This document shows positions 24,605 to 35,258 of a stretch of 64,000 nt of DNA, piece by piece; the first letter of the stretch is position 1, and each line of letters begins with the position of its first letter. The DNA is taken from NCBI GenBank assembly GCA_963753595.1, contig CAVWCX010000014.1:39196-103195 (forward strand). Reading direction: 5' to 3'. The position numbers and the translations under genes are program-made. A model generated the notes under the pieces. It was not told where the DNA came from. It made no database searches and saw only the letters and a program-made list of their open reading frames with translations. The stretch is from Candidatus Methanoperedenaceae archaeon (GTDB lineage: Archaea > Halobacteriota > Methanosarcinia > Methanosarcinales > Methanoperedenaceae).

Positions 24605-25419
24605 ATCGAATCTCCTTTTCCACCATTTTCACAATACCATATGCGTTCGTATAATGGAATGTTCACTCTTTTATTGGTAAATAAAAATAATAAATATTTA
24701 TATAAGTTATCTGGTCCTAATATATCTTTCAGGCTTTTATTTTCAATACCAAGACGAAGAGCATGTGATTTGATCATTGTAAAGAAAGCCCTTCGTGCTT
24801 GTGTCTTATAATATTTCATATTTTCAATTTTATCATTAAATATAGGACTAATATTTATTTTAGAATATTTAAGATTTGGATTAATAGAGTTTGCCCTGAC
24901 TTTTATTTGTTTTAAAGATAACATCGATGCATACTGAAGATCTTCATAAAAAACAATTCTTATATTATTTTCTTGCGCAATTCTGCTGCAAATATGACAT
25001 AAAATTATATGGTCTATATGATTCCCAAGACCCATTGGCGACACTATCAAATTACATGGATACGATTTTATTAATTTTAATAAAGTATTATGAACCTCAG
25101 AATAAATCGGATCTGAAGTAGGATTATTATTTGCGAATATATCCAGGCGTGAGTACCCTCTAAGTGGCGGTTCATTGAAGTTCAAACTCTGATAGTTAAT
25201 TTGTAATTTATTTGCAAATTCAATATCTTCCAAAGACCTTATTTTTGATATTATTTCAGAGTCAGATATTTTAATACATGGTGAATAATTAGATTTTGTG
25301 AAAATAGTCACCATTAAAATAGGTCCATTAAAAAAATTTTGCAACAAAGTTCCACCAAGTGAATATGCAATATCATCTGAATGTGGAGAGACTAATATTG
25401 TTTTAATTTCATTATCCAT
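24601..25419 (-). CDS. PIG-L/LmbE family deacetylase
   Basis: SPHSDD, R..ED, HIDH, YED. Confidence 0.88.
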   Translation of the reverse strand: MDNEIKTILVSPHSDDIAYSLGGTLLQNFFNGPILMVTIFTKSNYSPCIKISDSEIISKIRSLEDIEFANKLQINYQSLNFNEPPLRGYSRLDIFANNNPTSDPIYSEVHNTLLKLIKSYPCNLIVSPMGLGNHIDHIILCHICSRIAQENNIRIVFYEDLQYASMLSLKQIKVRANSINPNLKYSKINISPIFNDKIENMKYYKTQARRAFFTMIKSHALRLGIENKSLKDILGPDNLYKYLLFLFTNKRVNIPLYERIWYCENGGKGDSI

Positions 25420-25438
25420 GATTTCGTCCTTACCTCTT

Positions 25439-26876
25439 TTAATGTGTAAAATCCATTGTATTAATTAAATAATTACTTAGTGTTTTGATAGTGTGAGTAC
25501 TGGCAAGAACCAAATCATCTGGATTCTTAATAACATGTGTAATATTCTGAATCCACCATCTGGGGTAAAAATATATTGACTTATATGCTTTTTTTCTTGC
25601 ACTTTCCAGTTCGTCTGTCGTTAATTCATCTGTCCTCATGATCGATTCATGCTGAAACATGCCCCTGAAATCTGTCTGTTTCGTTATCCATCCCTTTTCC
25701 ATAGCATTATCATACAATTTTGTTCCAGGATAAGGCGCCACGACATTAAACTGGGCGCCCGTGGGAAGAGTCTGCCTGACAAAATCAATCGTTTCATTGA
25801 CCGTCTCCCAATTCTCACCGGGTAATACAAAAATAAAGTTGCATTATACCTGAATCCCGGCATCTTTTACCATTTTAATTGCATTGCCCGCCTTTTCAAC
25901 AGATGCCCTCTTATTCGTTCCATCCATAATCTTCTGACTACCAGATTCTATTCCCAGGCTAACGGCTCCACACCCAGCTCGCTTCATTTTTTCGAGAAGC
26001 TCACTGTTTATAAGATCAACCCTGGAATTACAATACCATTTGATATTCAACTTTTCATCTATAATTGCCTGAGTGATATTTTCAACCGGTTTTCTATCAA
26101 TAGTGAAAGTTTCATCAAAAAACGTTACAGTTTTAATATTGTAATTCTGTTTAAGATGCATGAGCTCCCCAATTATACTCCTCATCAGACCTTGTGTTCC
26201 ATTTTGTTTCAGCAACAGTACAGTAAATGCAAGAATATGTGCATCCTTTGCTAGTGTACATTATTGTAAAGGGTTGCCCATGTTTTGTATTCTCATAGTA
26301 GAATTGAAAGGACTTTAACAAATCATAAGCTGGTAAAGGTATATCATCATAATTTTTAATTGGCTGAGCATCTTTGTTGACTTGTATTTCACCATCACAG
26401 TGATATGCAATTCCCGCCAAATTTGAGATATTTCCACCAGTAGAGAGCTGGTCAATAAGCTCTGGCACCACAACCTCATATTCATGCCATATGAAAAAAT
26501 CGAGATCTTTCGCTTCGTTAAGTACAGTCCTGGCAAAATTGCCAAGAGTATAACAGATTCCAATTGTTGAAGCATTGAAGTACTTTTTTGAAATTGTGGC
26601 AACCAACATGTCCCAATCGAAAGTTGTGGGTGTGAACCTGAAAATAACCGCATCATAATCTTTTTCAGAAAGCAGTTTTTCAAAAGCCGGATATTTAATA
26701 TCCTCGCCGTTTGCATCAATAAGATCAACTTTATGCCCATTTTTTCGAAGAAGGGAAGCAATCTGGAGAAGACTATATGGGGGTAAAACCGAGTTCCGTT
26801 CGATAATCTCACACCTCTCTTCCCTGATAACAGACATATTTTTAAACCTGGGTGGGTTGACCAATAGCACGTTCAT
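25439..26876 (-). CDS. B12-binding radical SAM protein, paralogue of 23186-24604; frameshifted
   Basis: three ORF fragments collinear with the neighbouring gene; TSKGCTYSCIYC. Confidence 0.85.
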
Positions 26877-26879
26877 TTA

Positions 26880-28090
26880 GCACTCCCTTTTACTATTTGT
26901 TCATAAATTTTATTGTTTCATTTTTCATTATTTCAGACTAAATTTCTCTAATATCTTTGCACGAGCTTTCTTTGATATTTTCTTTCTCTCAGTCATTTCT
27001 AATAAAAATAATAATTTTTTTGCTAATATTTCCGGATTTCCGGGAGGGACCAACAACCCATCAACCCCATCTTCTATTATTTCAGGAACTCCACCAACAT
27101 TTGATGCAATTACCGGGACCTCTGAACTCATTGCTTCAAGAATACAAAACGGAAAGCTTTCTATTAAACTTGGAAGAACAAAAATCGATGAGTTTGAAAT
27201 ATTTCAGGCATCCTGAAATGTGGAATATACCCTAAGAAAGAATAGTAATGCGGTGGAATACCTTCATTTTCAAACATGCTTATCCACTTTCTATTTGCTT
27301 CCGGCCCGGCAAAAGCAAAATGAACATCTTTTGTTTCACTAATCACATCCCGCATAGCTTTTACCAGAATATTGATCCCCTTTAATGCAATGAACCTTCC
27401 TGAAAATAGCACTATTGGTTTATTTGTTTTGAGTCCTTCTGCCATATTTTTTCCATTTGGTGAAAATTGCTCATGATCTACTCCATTATGGATCACATTC
27501 ACACCCTTAATTCCATAGTTCTGCTCCAGTAGTCCCTTCATCCAATTTGAAACCGCTATAATTGTCGGGGATCTTTTCAAATAAAGTCTCTGGATAAGTT
27601 TTAGCATGGGATATAGCTCAAGTGTATACCTCTCAGAGGACTCCATTTGATTGAAATCAAGACCAGAAGCCAGAATCCCCTTTTTATGCCCTTCAATAAT
27701 AGTATGTACTGTTGTCACCATGTTCTTATTTGATTTTAATAATCTCAATATCACATCAGACATATGGGGAACATCAGCATGAACGATATCTATTTTATTT
27801 TCTTTGCAGATAATGGGGAGTTGCCTAAAACAAGAATACTGGAAGGCAGCATTATAAAGAAAGGTATCATTAGCATTTGAAATTGTATGGAGTTGGATTT
27901 TATTATCAAAAAAATCAAGGATTTTTTCATCGGTATAAGCAGAACCTTTATCAATTTTTCTTCTTACTGTCACAACATGGACATTATGTTTTTTTGACAG
28001 ATTTTTAGCAAGTCCAATTATATACGTTCCCGCTCCCCCCCAGTTTGGCATGAACTCAGGTGCTAAAAGTGCTATGTTCATCCTGACCAC
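26880..28090 (-). CDS. GT4 glycosyltransferase; frameshifted
   Basis: PEFMPNWGG, HNGVD, GRF..KG, ESFPFCILEAM..GGVPE. Confidence 0.85.
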
Positions 28091-28326
28091 CTATAATTAT
28101 GTACCAAGATACTTTCAAATAGCGGTTTAGAAATATTCACTTTGCCCCCCTTTCCACTACTATTATTAGATATGAACTTCTTATTATTATCTTTTTCGGT
28201 TTCTGGTTTCTGCGGTTGTTAAGAAATATATTGATTCAAGACAGGATGTGGGATCAGTTGCAATGCCGGATACAGAATGGAAGGCATGCGAAAGATAGAA
28301 AAAGGTTTGATACCATATTAGTTCCT

Positions 28327-30027
28327 ATGGCGAGTGGGAAGGATATTCAAATTATTACAATTTTTGTAATTTTGACATTTTTATTTGTGGTTATTTATCC
28401 CCTGAATACCACACCTTTGCGAACTATACTTGGAATTATCATGGTATTGTTTATACCTGGATATGCTCTAATTGCGGCTCTGTTCCCGGGAAAAAATGAT
28501 CTGGATAGCATAGAAAGGCTCGCATTAAGTTTGGGCCTTAGCATTGCAGTTGTTCCGCTCATTGGTCTGGGATTAAACCTTACACCATTTGGAATAAGAC
28601 TTTTTCCCATTCTGTCCAGTCTTTCAATATTCACTTTAGTTATGTGTTCAATCGCATATTTGCGAAGGTTGAAGTTACCCGAAAATGAAAGATTTGAAGT
28701 TTATTTTTCAGATATTTACTCTTCAGGAAAAGGATTATTAAATAATAAGTCTCGATTTGATAAAGTTCTCACAATATTACTTTTTTTCCTTATCATTGTT
28801 TTGACAATTATGTTGATCTATATCTTCGCGACCCCTGGCCAGGGAGAAAAGTTCACAGAATTCTATATCCTGGGAGATAATGGGAAAGCAGAAAATTATT
28901 CGACCCTTTTAAAGTGGGGGAGCAATAGTAGTGTAATCATAGGAATCACAAATCATGAATACATTCTAACAAACTACACTCTTAAAGTATTGCTTGAGAA
29001 CAATACATTGAGCACATTACATATTCAAATAAATCACAACTCAACATGGCAAGAAAAAGTATTTTTCACTCCCGAAATAACTGGTGAGAATCTCAAACTT
29101 GAATTCCTGCTTTATAAAGAAGAAAATTTCACCGCACCTTACAGGAATCTTCATTTATGGGTAAAAAGTTCTGGATTAACTACCAATTCTACAAAGGCAG
29201 CAACTCTTGAGGTCGGGCGGGGCAAGACCTATGCAACTATTCAATCAGCTATTGATGCTGCAAAAACCGGCGATACAATTCTTGCCGATGAGGGCACATA
29301 CAATGAAAACCCCCTTATCAAAACGAACGGGATTTCAATAATAGGAAAAAACAGGGAAAAGACTATTATTGAAGGCAGAAAGACCAGCAGCGGGGTCAGG
29401 ATAAATGAAGTGAACAACGTAGTAATAAGTGGATTTACCATAAAGAACAGCAGCGGTGGAGCACGGGAAGATTCCGGGGTTTCGATTTATAAAGGGAATG
29501 GAAATATCGTTTCTAACTTGATCATCACTGGTAATTCAGTCGGTATTTCGATATACCAGGAAAGCAACAACAACACCGTTTCAGGAAATATTATAGAATC
29601 AAATTCGTATGGTATTAATCTCTATGCTTCAAAAGATAATAAGATTTTCAATAACAATATTAAAAATAATAAAAAAATTGGGATTTATGCATATTCTTCA
29701 AAAACAAATAGCATATACTCAAATAATTTTATAGATAACAATGACCAGGCATATGATAATAGCGGCCTGAATTCATGGGATCTGGACAAAACGGGAAATT
29801 ATTGGAGTGATAATAAAGGAAACGGGGAGTATATAATTAGTCCGGGTGGATCAAAAGCAAAGGACAATTTTCCCCTGGCTATGGCTTTTTCAAAAGAGTC
29901 TGAGCTGATTCCCACACATACAGCGCAAAAAAATGCACAACCAGAAAAATCAACACCAGGATTTAATGTCTTTATATCCATTATTTCGTTAATTTCAGCA
30001 GGGATATTAAAGAGAATTTATCATTAG
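28327..30027 (+). CDS. DUF1616 membrane domain fused to NosD-type beta-helix with PGF-CTERM
   Basis: FIPGYALIAALFP, FTEFYIL, YRNLHLWV; TIQSAID, GNYWSD; C-terminal TPGF-TM-KR. Confidence 0.85.
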   Translation: MASGKDIQIITIFVILTFLFVVIYPLNTTPLRTILGIIMVLFIPGYALIAALFPGKNDLDSIERLALSLGLSIAVVPLIGLGLNLTPFGIRLFPILSSLSIFTLVMCSIAYLRRLKLPENERFEVYFSDIYSSGKGLLNNKSRFDKVLTILLFFLIIVLTIMLIYIFATPGQGEKFTEFYILGDNGKAENYSTLLKWGSNSSVIIGITNHEYILTNYTLKVLLENNTLSTLHIQINHNSTWQEKVFFTPEITGENLKLEFLLYKEENFTAPYRNLHLWVKSSGLTTNSTKAATLEVGRGKTYATIQSAIDAAKTGDTILADEGTYNENPLIKTNGISIIGKNREKTIIEGRKTSSGVRINEVNNVVISGFTIKNSSGGAREDSGVSIYKGNGNIVSNLIITGNSVGISIYQESNNNTVSGNIIESNSYGINLYASKDNKIFNNNIKNNKKIGIYAYSSKTNSIYSNNFIDNNDQAYDNSGLNSWDLDKTGNYWSDNKGNGEYIISPGGSKAKDNFPLAMAFSKESELIPTHTAQKNAQPEKSTPGFNVFISIISLISAGILKRIYH

Positions 30028-30071
30028 ATAAAAAAATATTCTTCTCTCTGCGGTGAGGTGAAATCATTTAA

Positions 30072-30881
30072 CTATTTGGAATTCAAGAGTGATGGCCCAA
30101 GCGCGGGTATTCGTCGTCTGGGATCACTGTCAGCCTTATTCGCATAACTAATAGCATGCTGGTCATTTTTATTTGTTGTATGGAATGTTTTCAAATACTC
30201 ATTCACTATAACATTAAGAATCTTGAATCCATCTCTTACAGAATTAAGATTCGAATTCCCGTTCTTCCTTTTTGCTTCAAAGGAGGGCACTTCTTTGATT
30301 TTCAGTCCGGCTTTTTTCATAAGTATCGATTGTTCAGTCTCGATTTCAAATCCCATTGAACTGCAATATATCTTGTCCAATGCTTCCCTCTTGAAAGCAC
30401 GGTAACCGTAGCAGAGGTCTGTGTAGTTTGAACCATAAAGAGTGTTAACCATTGACACAAATATTTTATTTCCCAGTCTCCTGAATGGCGTGAAATCCGC
30501 AGATCCTCCTCCTGGCATCATACGTGAACCTTTTGCTACATCGAATCCATCGAGAATGGGGTCAAGAAGGGATGGAATTTCCGCCGGATCATGACTACCA
30601 TCCGCATCCATCATAATTATTAAATCGCCTGTTGCCTTTTCAAAACCTGTTTTCATTGCAGCGCCTTTTCCAGATGGTTTTTCTATTATGATGTTCGTAT
30701 CATTCCTGTATTTTTTAATTTCTTCTCTTGTTCCATCGGTTGAGTTCCCATCTACAACAACAATTTCATCAACAAAATCAGGAATATTTGGAAATACTTC
30801 CTTGATGTTTTCAGATTCATTCATTGTTGGTATCACCACACTTATTTTTTTCATGTGGTTTTTCTTATCCATCATACTCAT
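30072..30881 (-). CDS. GT2 glycosyltransferase (DPM1-like)
   Basis: VIPTMNE, VDGNSTDGT, MDADGSH, FEIETE. Confidence 0.92.
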   Translation of the reverse strand: MSMMDKKNHMKKISVVIPTMNESENIKEVFPNIPDFVDEIVVVDGNSTDGTREEIKKYRNDTNIIIEKPSGKGAAMKTGFEKATGDLIIMMDADGSHDPAEIPSLLDPILDGFDVAKGSRMMPGGGSADFTPFRRLGNKIFVSMVNTLYGSNYTDLCYGYRAFKREALDKIYCSSMGFEIETEQSILMKKAGLKIKEVPSFEAKRKNGNSNLNSVRDGFKILNVIVNEYLKTFHTTNKNDQHAISYANKADSDPRRRIPALGPSLLNSK

Positions 30882-31370
30882 TTCTATACCCCCATTGAAA
30901 GAGTAGGAAAACCCAGCATCTATGCAAGATCATTTAGATGAAATACTAACGTATTTACCCCATTCTATAACCTATTAAAATTCCATTTAAATGAAATCCT
31001 ATTCAGGCTTACGCCCGAGCTATTTCTCTACTCCCATTTAGTATATATCTTAGTTTCAATACATAAGCCTTTCTAATGCATTATAAAAATGTATATAGAG
31101 TCTCGATATTTTTTCGTTTGTCTTCTTCGGCGCCATGAGAATAATTCAAAGAAGAGACAATTGAACCACAAGAATTAAGGTACAAGTGAATTTTGAAAAG
31201 TATCTTGTATCTTAAGTTCATAAAGCATATTCCTTCAGGGAGTGAATTACATAAAAAAAATGATACAAAGCGAAATAATAATCGTACTTAATACAACTTA
31301 ATACAGTTATTTTGGGAGGTATTTGAATGGTTGGTAATGTTTATATTTCTTCATCGATAAGAGGGATATT

Positions 31371-32033
31371 ATGGCAGAGCTTGGGAAAATAGAAAAACCG
31401 GAAGCATCAACCTTTTCGGCAAAAAGGAAATTATATCTTGTCCCCACACTTCCTTTTGAAGACCTGGCTTCACAATATGATATTGACATGGTTAAAGTGG
31501 AGCGGTTCTGGGGAGAGGTAAGGGAAAAGATAAATTATTTCCTCTCAACTTATGGAAAGATCAGTACCATATATATGGAAGGAATAAATGAGGACGAAAA
31601 AGCAGGAATTGAATATTTCGAGAAAAATGGAAAAGATAATAATCACCACAAGTTAATAAAAACCCTCCTGGATAGTGGCGCAGTTGTGAAGGGCATTGAA
31701 AAACCCGGCCAGATGGAACGATCAAAGCTGCTTTTTGAGGAATACTCAAAATCTTTTTATCCGCAAGTACAGGAAATCCACAAAGGTTATTATGGCAAAG
31801 ATATCAATTTTGACAAATGGCGGGAATACCTGGTAGAAAAGATAAAGGAAATACAGGATGAGATGGGAAAATCGGCAACCAGGATACTTGGAGAATTACC
31901 TGCAGATTCATGTGGTGTCCTTCTGGTCACTGATGGAAGACCAATAGAATTCCCTGAAGGCATTGATATTTTCCAGATCAGGCCGCCAGCTTTTGATGAG
32001 ATAGAACGCAATATCCGGGAAAAGGTAAAATAA
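31371..32033 (+). CDS. hypothetical protein
   Basis: 220-aa ORF with an RBS-like gaggg upstream. Confidence 0.65.
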   Translation: MAELGKIEKPEASTFSAKRKLYLVPTLPFEDLASQYDIDMVKVERFWGEVREKINYFLSTYGKISTIYMEGINEDEKAGIEYFEKNGKDNNHHKLIKTLLDSGAVVKGIEKPGQMERSKLLFEEYSKSFYPQVQEIHKGYYGKDINFDKWREYLVEKIKEIQDEMGKSATRILGELPADSCGVLLVTDGRPIEFPEGIDIFQIRPPAFDEIERNIREKVK

Positions 32034-32043
32034 GGTGATCCAA

Positions 32044-32760
32044 TCAATCGGATGGCTCAACCGGAGTTGTAATAATTATCCCGCCTGTGGAAATCTCATA
32101 GGACAATAACTGGACAGGTGTCTTTGTATTTCTCATTTTCACAATATCCATCACCCTTTCCCTGCGGCCTGTATAAGGATTATCTCGTTTCATAAGCTGG
32201 ATAGCTCCGTAAGCTGAGTAAAGCGCAAGTTCAACGAATTCCCTGGAAACAACTCCTCCAAGAAGTACGAATGTAGTAATCCCTTTTTGTGCCATATTAT
32301 AAACAAGAAGATTGAACCTGTCACGGAACTCGGACGAAGTGAGATTTGATACATGGCTGCCAAGGCTGTCAATAATGAGAATATTTGTATCAACAGGCAA
32401 ATTCTCCGAAAATTGTATAAAATCACCTTTAACAGCCTCCATGCTGATACTTAATGCTTCTTTAATTTCCATCGCCCTGTATCCTGCGAGCTCAACAAAT
32501 TTCAAAAAACCCTTTTTTTCAAACTTCTCAAAGTCCCATCCAAATGATTTTCCCTGCTGCTTGAGCTCTGGCGCATCCTCCTCCGTGGAAACATATAAAA
32601 TCTTCATGCCTTCAAGGCAATTTGTGTATGCGAATTGAAGCCCGAAAATAGTCTTTCCACTTCCCGGATCACCCGTGATAATAATAGTTTTTCCCTTTGG
32701 GAATCCTCCTATTATCTCATCCAGTTCCGAAATACCTGTCTTGATCCTTTCCATGTTCAT
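32044..32760 (-). CDS. single-domain KaiC/RAD55-like ATPase
   Basis: KTGISELD, GDPGSGKT, STEE, IIDSL, KMR. Confidence 0.9.
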   Translation of the reverse strand: MNMERIKTGISELDEIIGGFPKGKTIIITGDPGSGKTIFGLQFAYTNCLEGMKILYVSTEEDAPELKQQGKSFGWDFEKFEKKGFLKFVELAGYRAMEIKEALSISMEAVKGDFIQFSENLPVDTNILIIDSLGSHVSNLTSSEFRDRFNLLVYNMAQKGITTFVLLGGVVSREFVELALYSAYGAIQLMKRDNPYTGRRERVMDIVKMRNTKTPVQLLSYEISTGGIIITTPVEPSD

Positions 32761-35258
32761 TTCTCCTTTATCTTTTCGTTCCTGAGTTGAATTTCAAATC
32801 TGCAAATTTTTGAACCGTTGGCAATACTTGATTTTTGTTCCACATTACCTTTAAGTCCGGTCCATGTGAAACTCCGTTTTGCAAGACTCCTGCAGATAAA
32901 ACAAAATATCGGATTGCCGCGAGCTTCATTTTTCCAGGGACAATTAATGAACTCCAGCACCTCTTTTTTCTCATCTCTTGTCACTCCATTTTCAATCCCG
33001 AAATTTGAAAACAATCCTGAGAGCCATGACATATAAAAAGTAAGCAATTGCGCAGGTTCATGATTAACATCCTTTTGTTTCATTTCTTCTTTAAACCTGG
33101 GCCTGACATTCATCTCAAATCTTTCAGAAAAATTTTTAATGAGGATATCTCTTACATGGGAAGGGACACCAGATGCAAAAACAGGCAGTGCGCTCACGAT
33201 AAAGCCATGTAATTCTGCCTTTGCTTTTTCTTTTTGCAGCTTTTCAGCTTCCTTACGTTCTGTGATATCTCTTGCTACATGTACAACATTGCTAATTTCT
33301 CCATTCTTATTTTTGATAGGATATGCACAAACTTCTACAAATTGAATAACGCCATTTTTTAAATGATGCACATGTTCGCATATTGAAGGAGCCCCGGTCT
33401 TCACGGTTATCTGAAGCGGGCATATATCGGGTGGACAGGGATTATCACTTTTATGTCCAATTTCATGACATTTCTTTCCGATAGCCTGTTCTTTCGAAAG
33501 ACCATAGACTTTCAGGAAAGACTTATTAGTGTCTATTATCGAGAAATTCTTTACATCAATTATAGTAATTGAATCATTGATACTATTAAGCACAGTCTCA
33601 GAAAATTCCTTTGACTGGCGAAGTAGTTCCTCAGCGCGCTTACGTTCGGTTATATCACGAACAACTGCCAGAATGTAACTTTTCTTCCCCGTGTCTAAAA
33701 TGTTGAGATTTACTTCAACAGGAAACACACTTCCATCTTTGCGTTTATGGAGGCCTTCCATTGTCACATTCTGTTTTTTTAAGATGTCTTTCACATGATT
33801 GCCCCATGAAGATTTATTAGGAATTGTTTCTTCAAAATCAAAAACGTGCATATTATGGAGTTCTTCCATTGAATATCCAAGGTTCATGCATGCTGTTTCA
33901 TTGCAGTCAATGATAATTCCTGTTTCCGGATCGTTAATAAAAACTGCATCTGTTGAGTTCGCAAAAAGCATCCTGAACAAACGAAGCTTTTCTTCTGCCT
34001 TGCGACTATCGGTTATGTCCTTAAGCGTCCCCATGGTCGCAACCCTTCCACCTAAATTTATAAGCGCCACAGTCATATTCATGATCAAACGTGTTTTCCT
34101 GTCCCGGTGAAGGGCATTGAACTCATATTCATGGGGAACATTTTCACCAGCCTGTCTGCGTGTATAATGATCAAAAACTTTCGCCATATCCTCTGGCGAG
34201 ATAAATTCCCTGAAATCTTTCCCTATTATTTCTTCCACTTCGTATCCGGCCAAATTCGCAAAAGCTTCATTTACGAATTGGAATTTCTGATCCTGGATAA
34301 TGAAAACACCATCCTGGATATTTTCGATCAAGGTCCGGTATTTTTCCTCTGAGTTCTGGAGCTTTTCTTCAGCTTCCTTTCGTTCAGTGATGTCCTCGAT
34401 CATACCGATCGCAAATTGCGGATCACCGTTTGCATCACGGACAAGGGAAACGGTTAGCCTTGCCCAGAATATGGTCTTATTCTTACGTATGTAGCGTTTT
34501 TTTATCATGTACTGGTTTTTCTTTCCCAGGATCAAATCATTGAACTGGCTCATATCCAGTTCTGAATCATCAGGATGAGTGAACTCTGTGAACACCTTTC
34601 CCTTGAGTTTTTCTTCCGTAAACCCGAGCATCTGCTGCAGTATATGGTTTGTTTCCAGGATTCGCCTTTGTGTGTCCACGCTGAACATACCAATGGGAGC
34701 TTCTTCAAAAGTAGCTTTGAATTGCGCCTCGCTTCTTCGAAGCTCTTCTTCGATCCGTTTTCGCTCTTCAATTTCCTTTTCAAGCTGGATTATGTTCTCC
34801 TCCAGCTTCTTGAAAATACGACGGCTGTACCGTTCAAGATACTCTTCTTCTTTTATTGGAGCGGGTTCTCTTATTTTCAGTTTGCCACTGGAAATATCAA
34901 GCAGAGCCTGTGTAATTTCTTTCACAAGTTCCCTGGGCTCAAGAGGTTTAATTATAAATCGAGAGACTCCGAGGGCATTGGCCAGTTCCCTATCTTTCTC
35001 AGTTACATAAGATGCGCTGTAGAATATAAATGGTAATTCTTTCGGGGATCTGCTTTTCCTGATCTCACGAAGCAGCATGAACCCATCCATCACAGGCATC
35101 ATGATATCTGAAACAACCATGTCAGGTTTTTGAGATGAAATGAGTTCCAATGCCTCGACCCCATTCCCGGCTTCGATTACCTCATAATTATTTGAGGAGA
35201 GCATTTTAGACAGCATCAATCTGTCAAGCCTGTTATCATCCACTACCAGCACTTTCAT
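32757..35258 (-). CDS. response regulator: REC, 4 PAS, V4R-like methanogen output domain (MetOD1-like)
   Basis: VVDD..SDIMMPVMDG; DITERK PAC ends; C-terminal CPW..NPIFCFICR..SIANG..CRF. Confidence 0.85.
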   Translation of the reverse strand: MKVLVVDDNRLDRLMLSKMLSSNNYEVIEAGNGVEALELISSQKPDMVVSDIMMPVMDGFMLLREIRKSRSPKELPFIFYSASYVTEKDRELANALGVSRFIIKPLEPRELVKEITQALLDISSGKLKIREPAPIKEEEYLERYSRRIFKKLEENIIQLEKEIEERKRIEEELRRSEAQFKATFEEAPIGMFSVDTQRRILETNHILQQMLGFTEEKLKGKVFTEFTHPDDSELDMSQFNDLILGKKNQYMIKKRYIRKNKTIFWARLTVSLVRDANGDPQFAIGMIEDITERKEAEEKLQNSEEKYRTLIENIQDGVFIIQDQKFQFVNEAFANLAGYEVEEIIGKDFREFISPEDMAKVFDHYTRRQAGENVPHEYEFNALHRDRKTRLIMNMTVALINLGGRVATMGTLKDITDSRKAEEKLRLFRMLFANSTDAVFINDPETGIIIDCNETACMNLGYSMEELHNMHVFDFEETIPNKSSWGNHVKDILKKQNVTMEGLHKRKDGSVFPVEVNLNILDTGKKSYILAVVRDITERKRAEELLRQSKEFSETVLNSINDSITIIDVKNFSIIDTNKSFLKVYGLSKEQAIGKKCHEIGHKSDNPCPPDICPLQITVKTGAPSICEHVHHLKNGVIQFVEVCAYPIKNKNGEISNVVHVARDITERKEAEKLQKEKAKAELHGFIVSALPVFASGVPSHVRDILIKNFSERFEMNVRPRFKEEMKQKDVNHEPAQLLTFYMSWLSGLFSNFGIENGVTRDEKKEVLEFINCPWKNEARGNPIFCFICRSLAKRSFTWTGLKGNVEQKSSIANGSKICRFEIQLRNEKIKEK

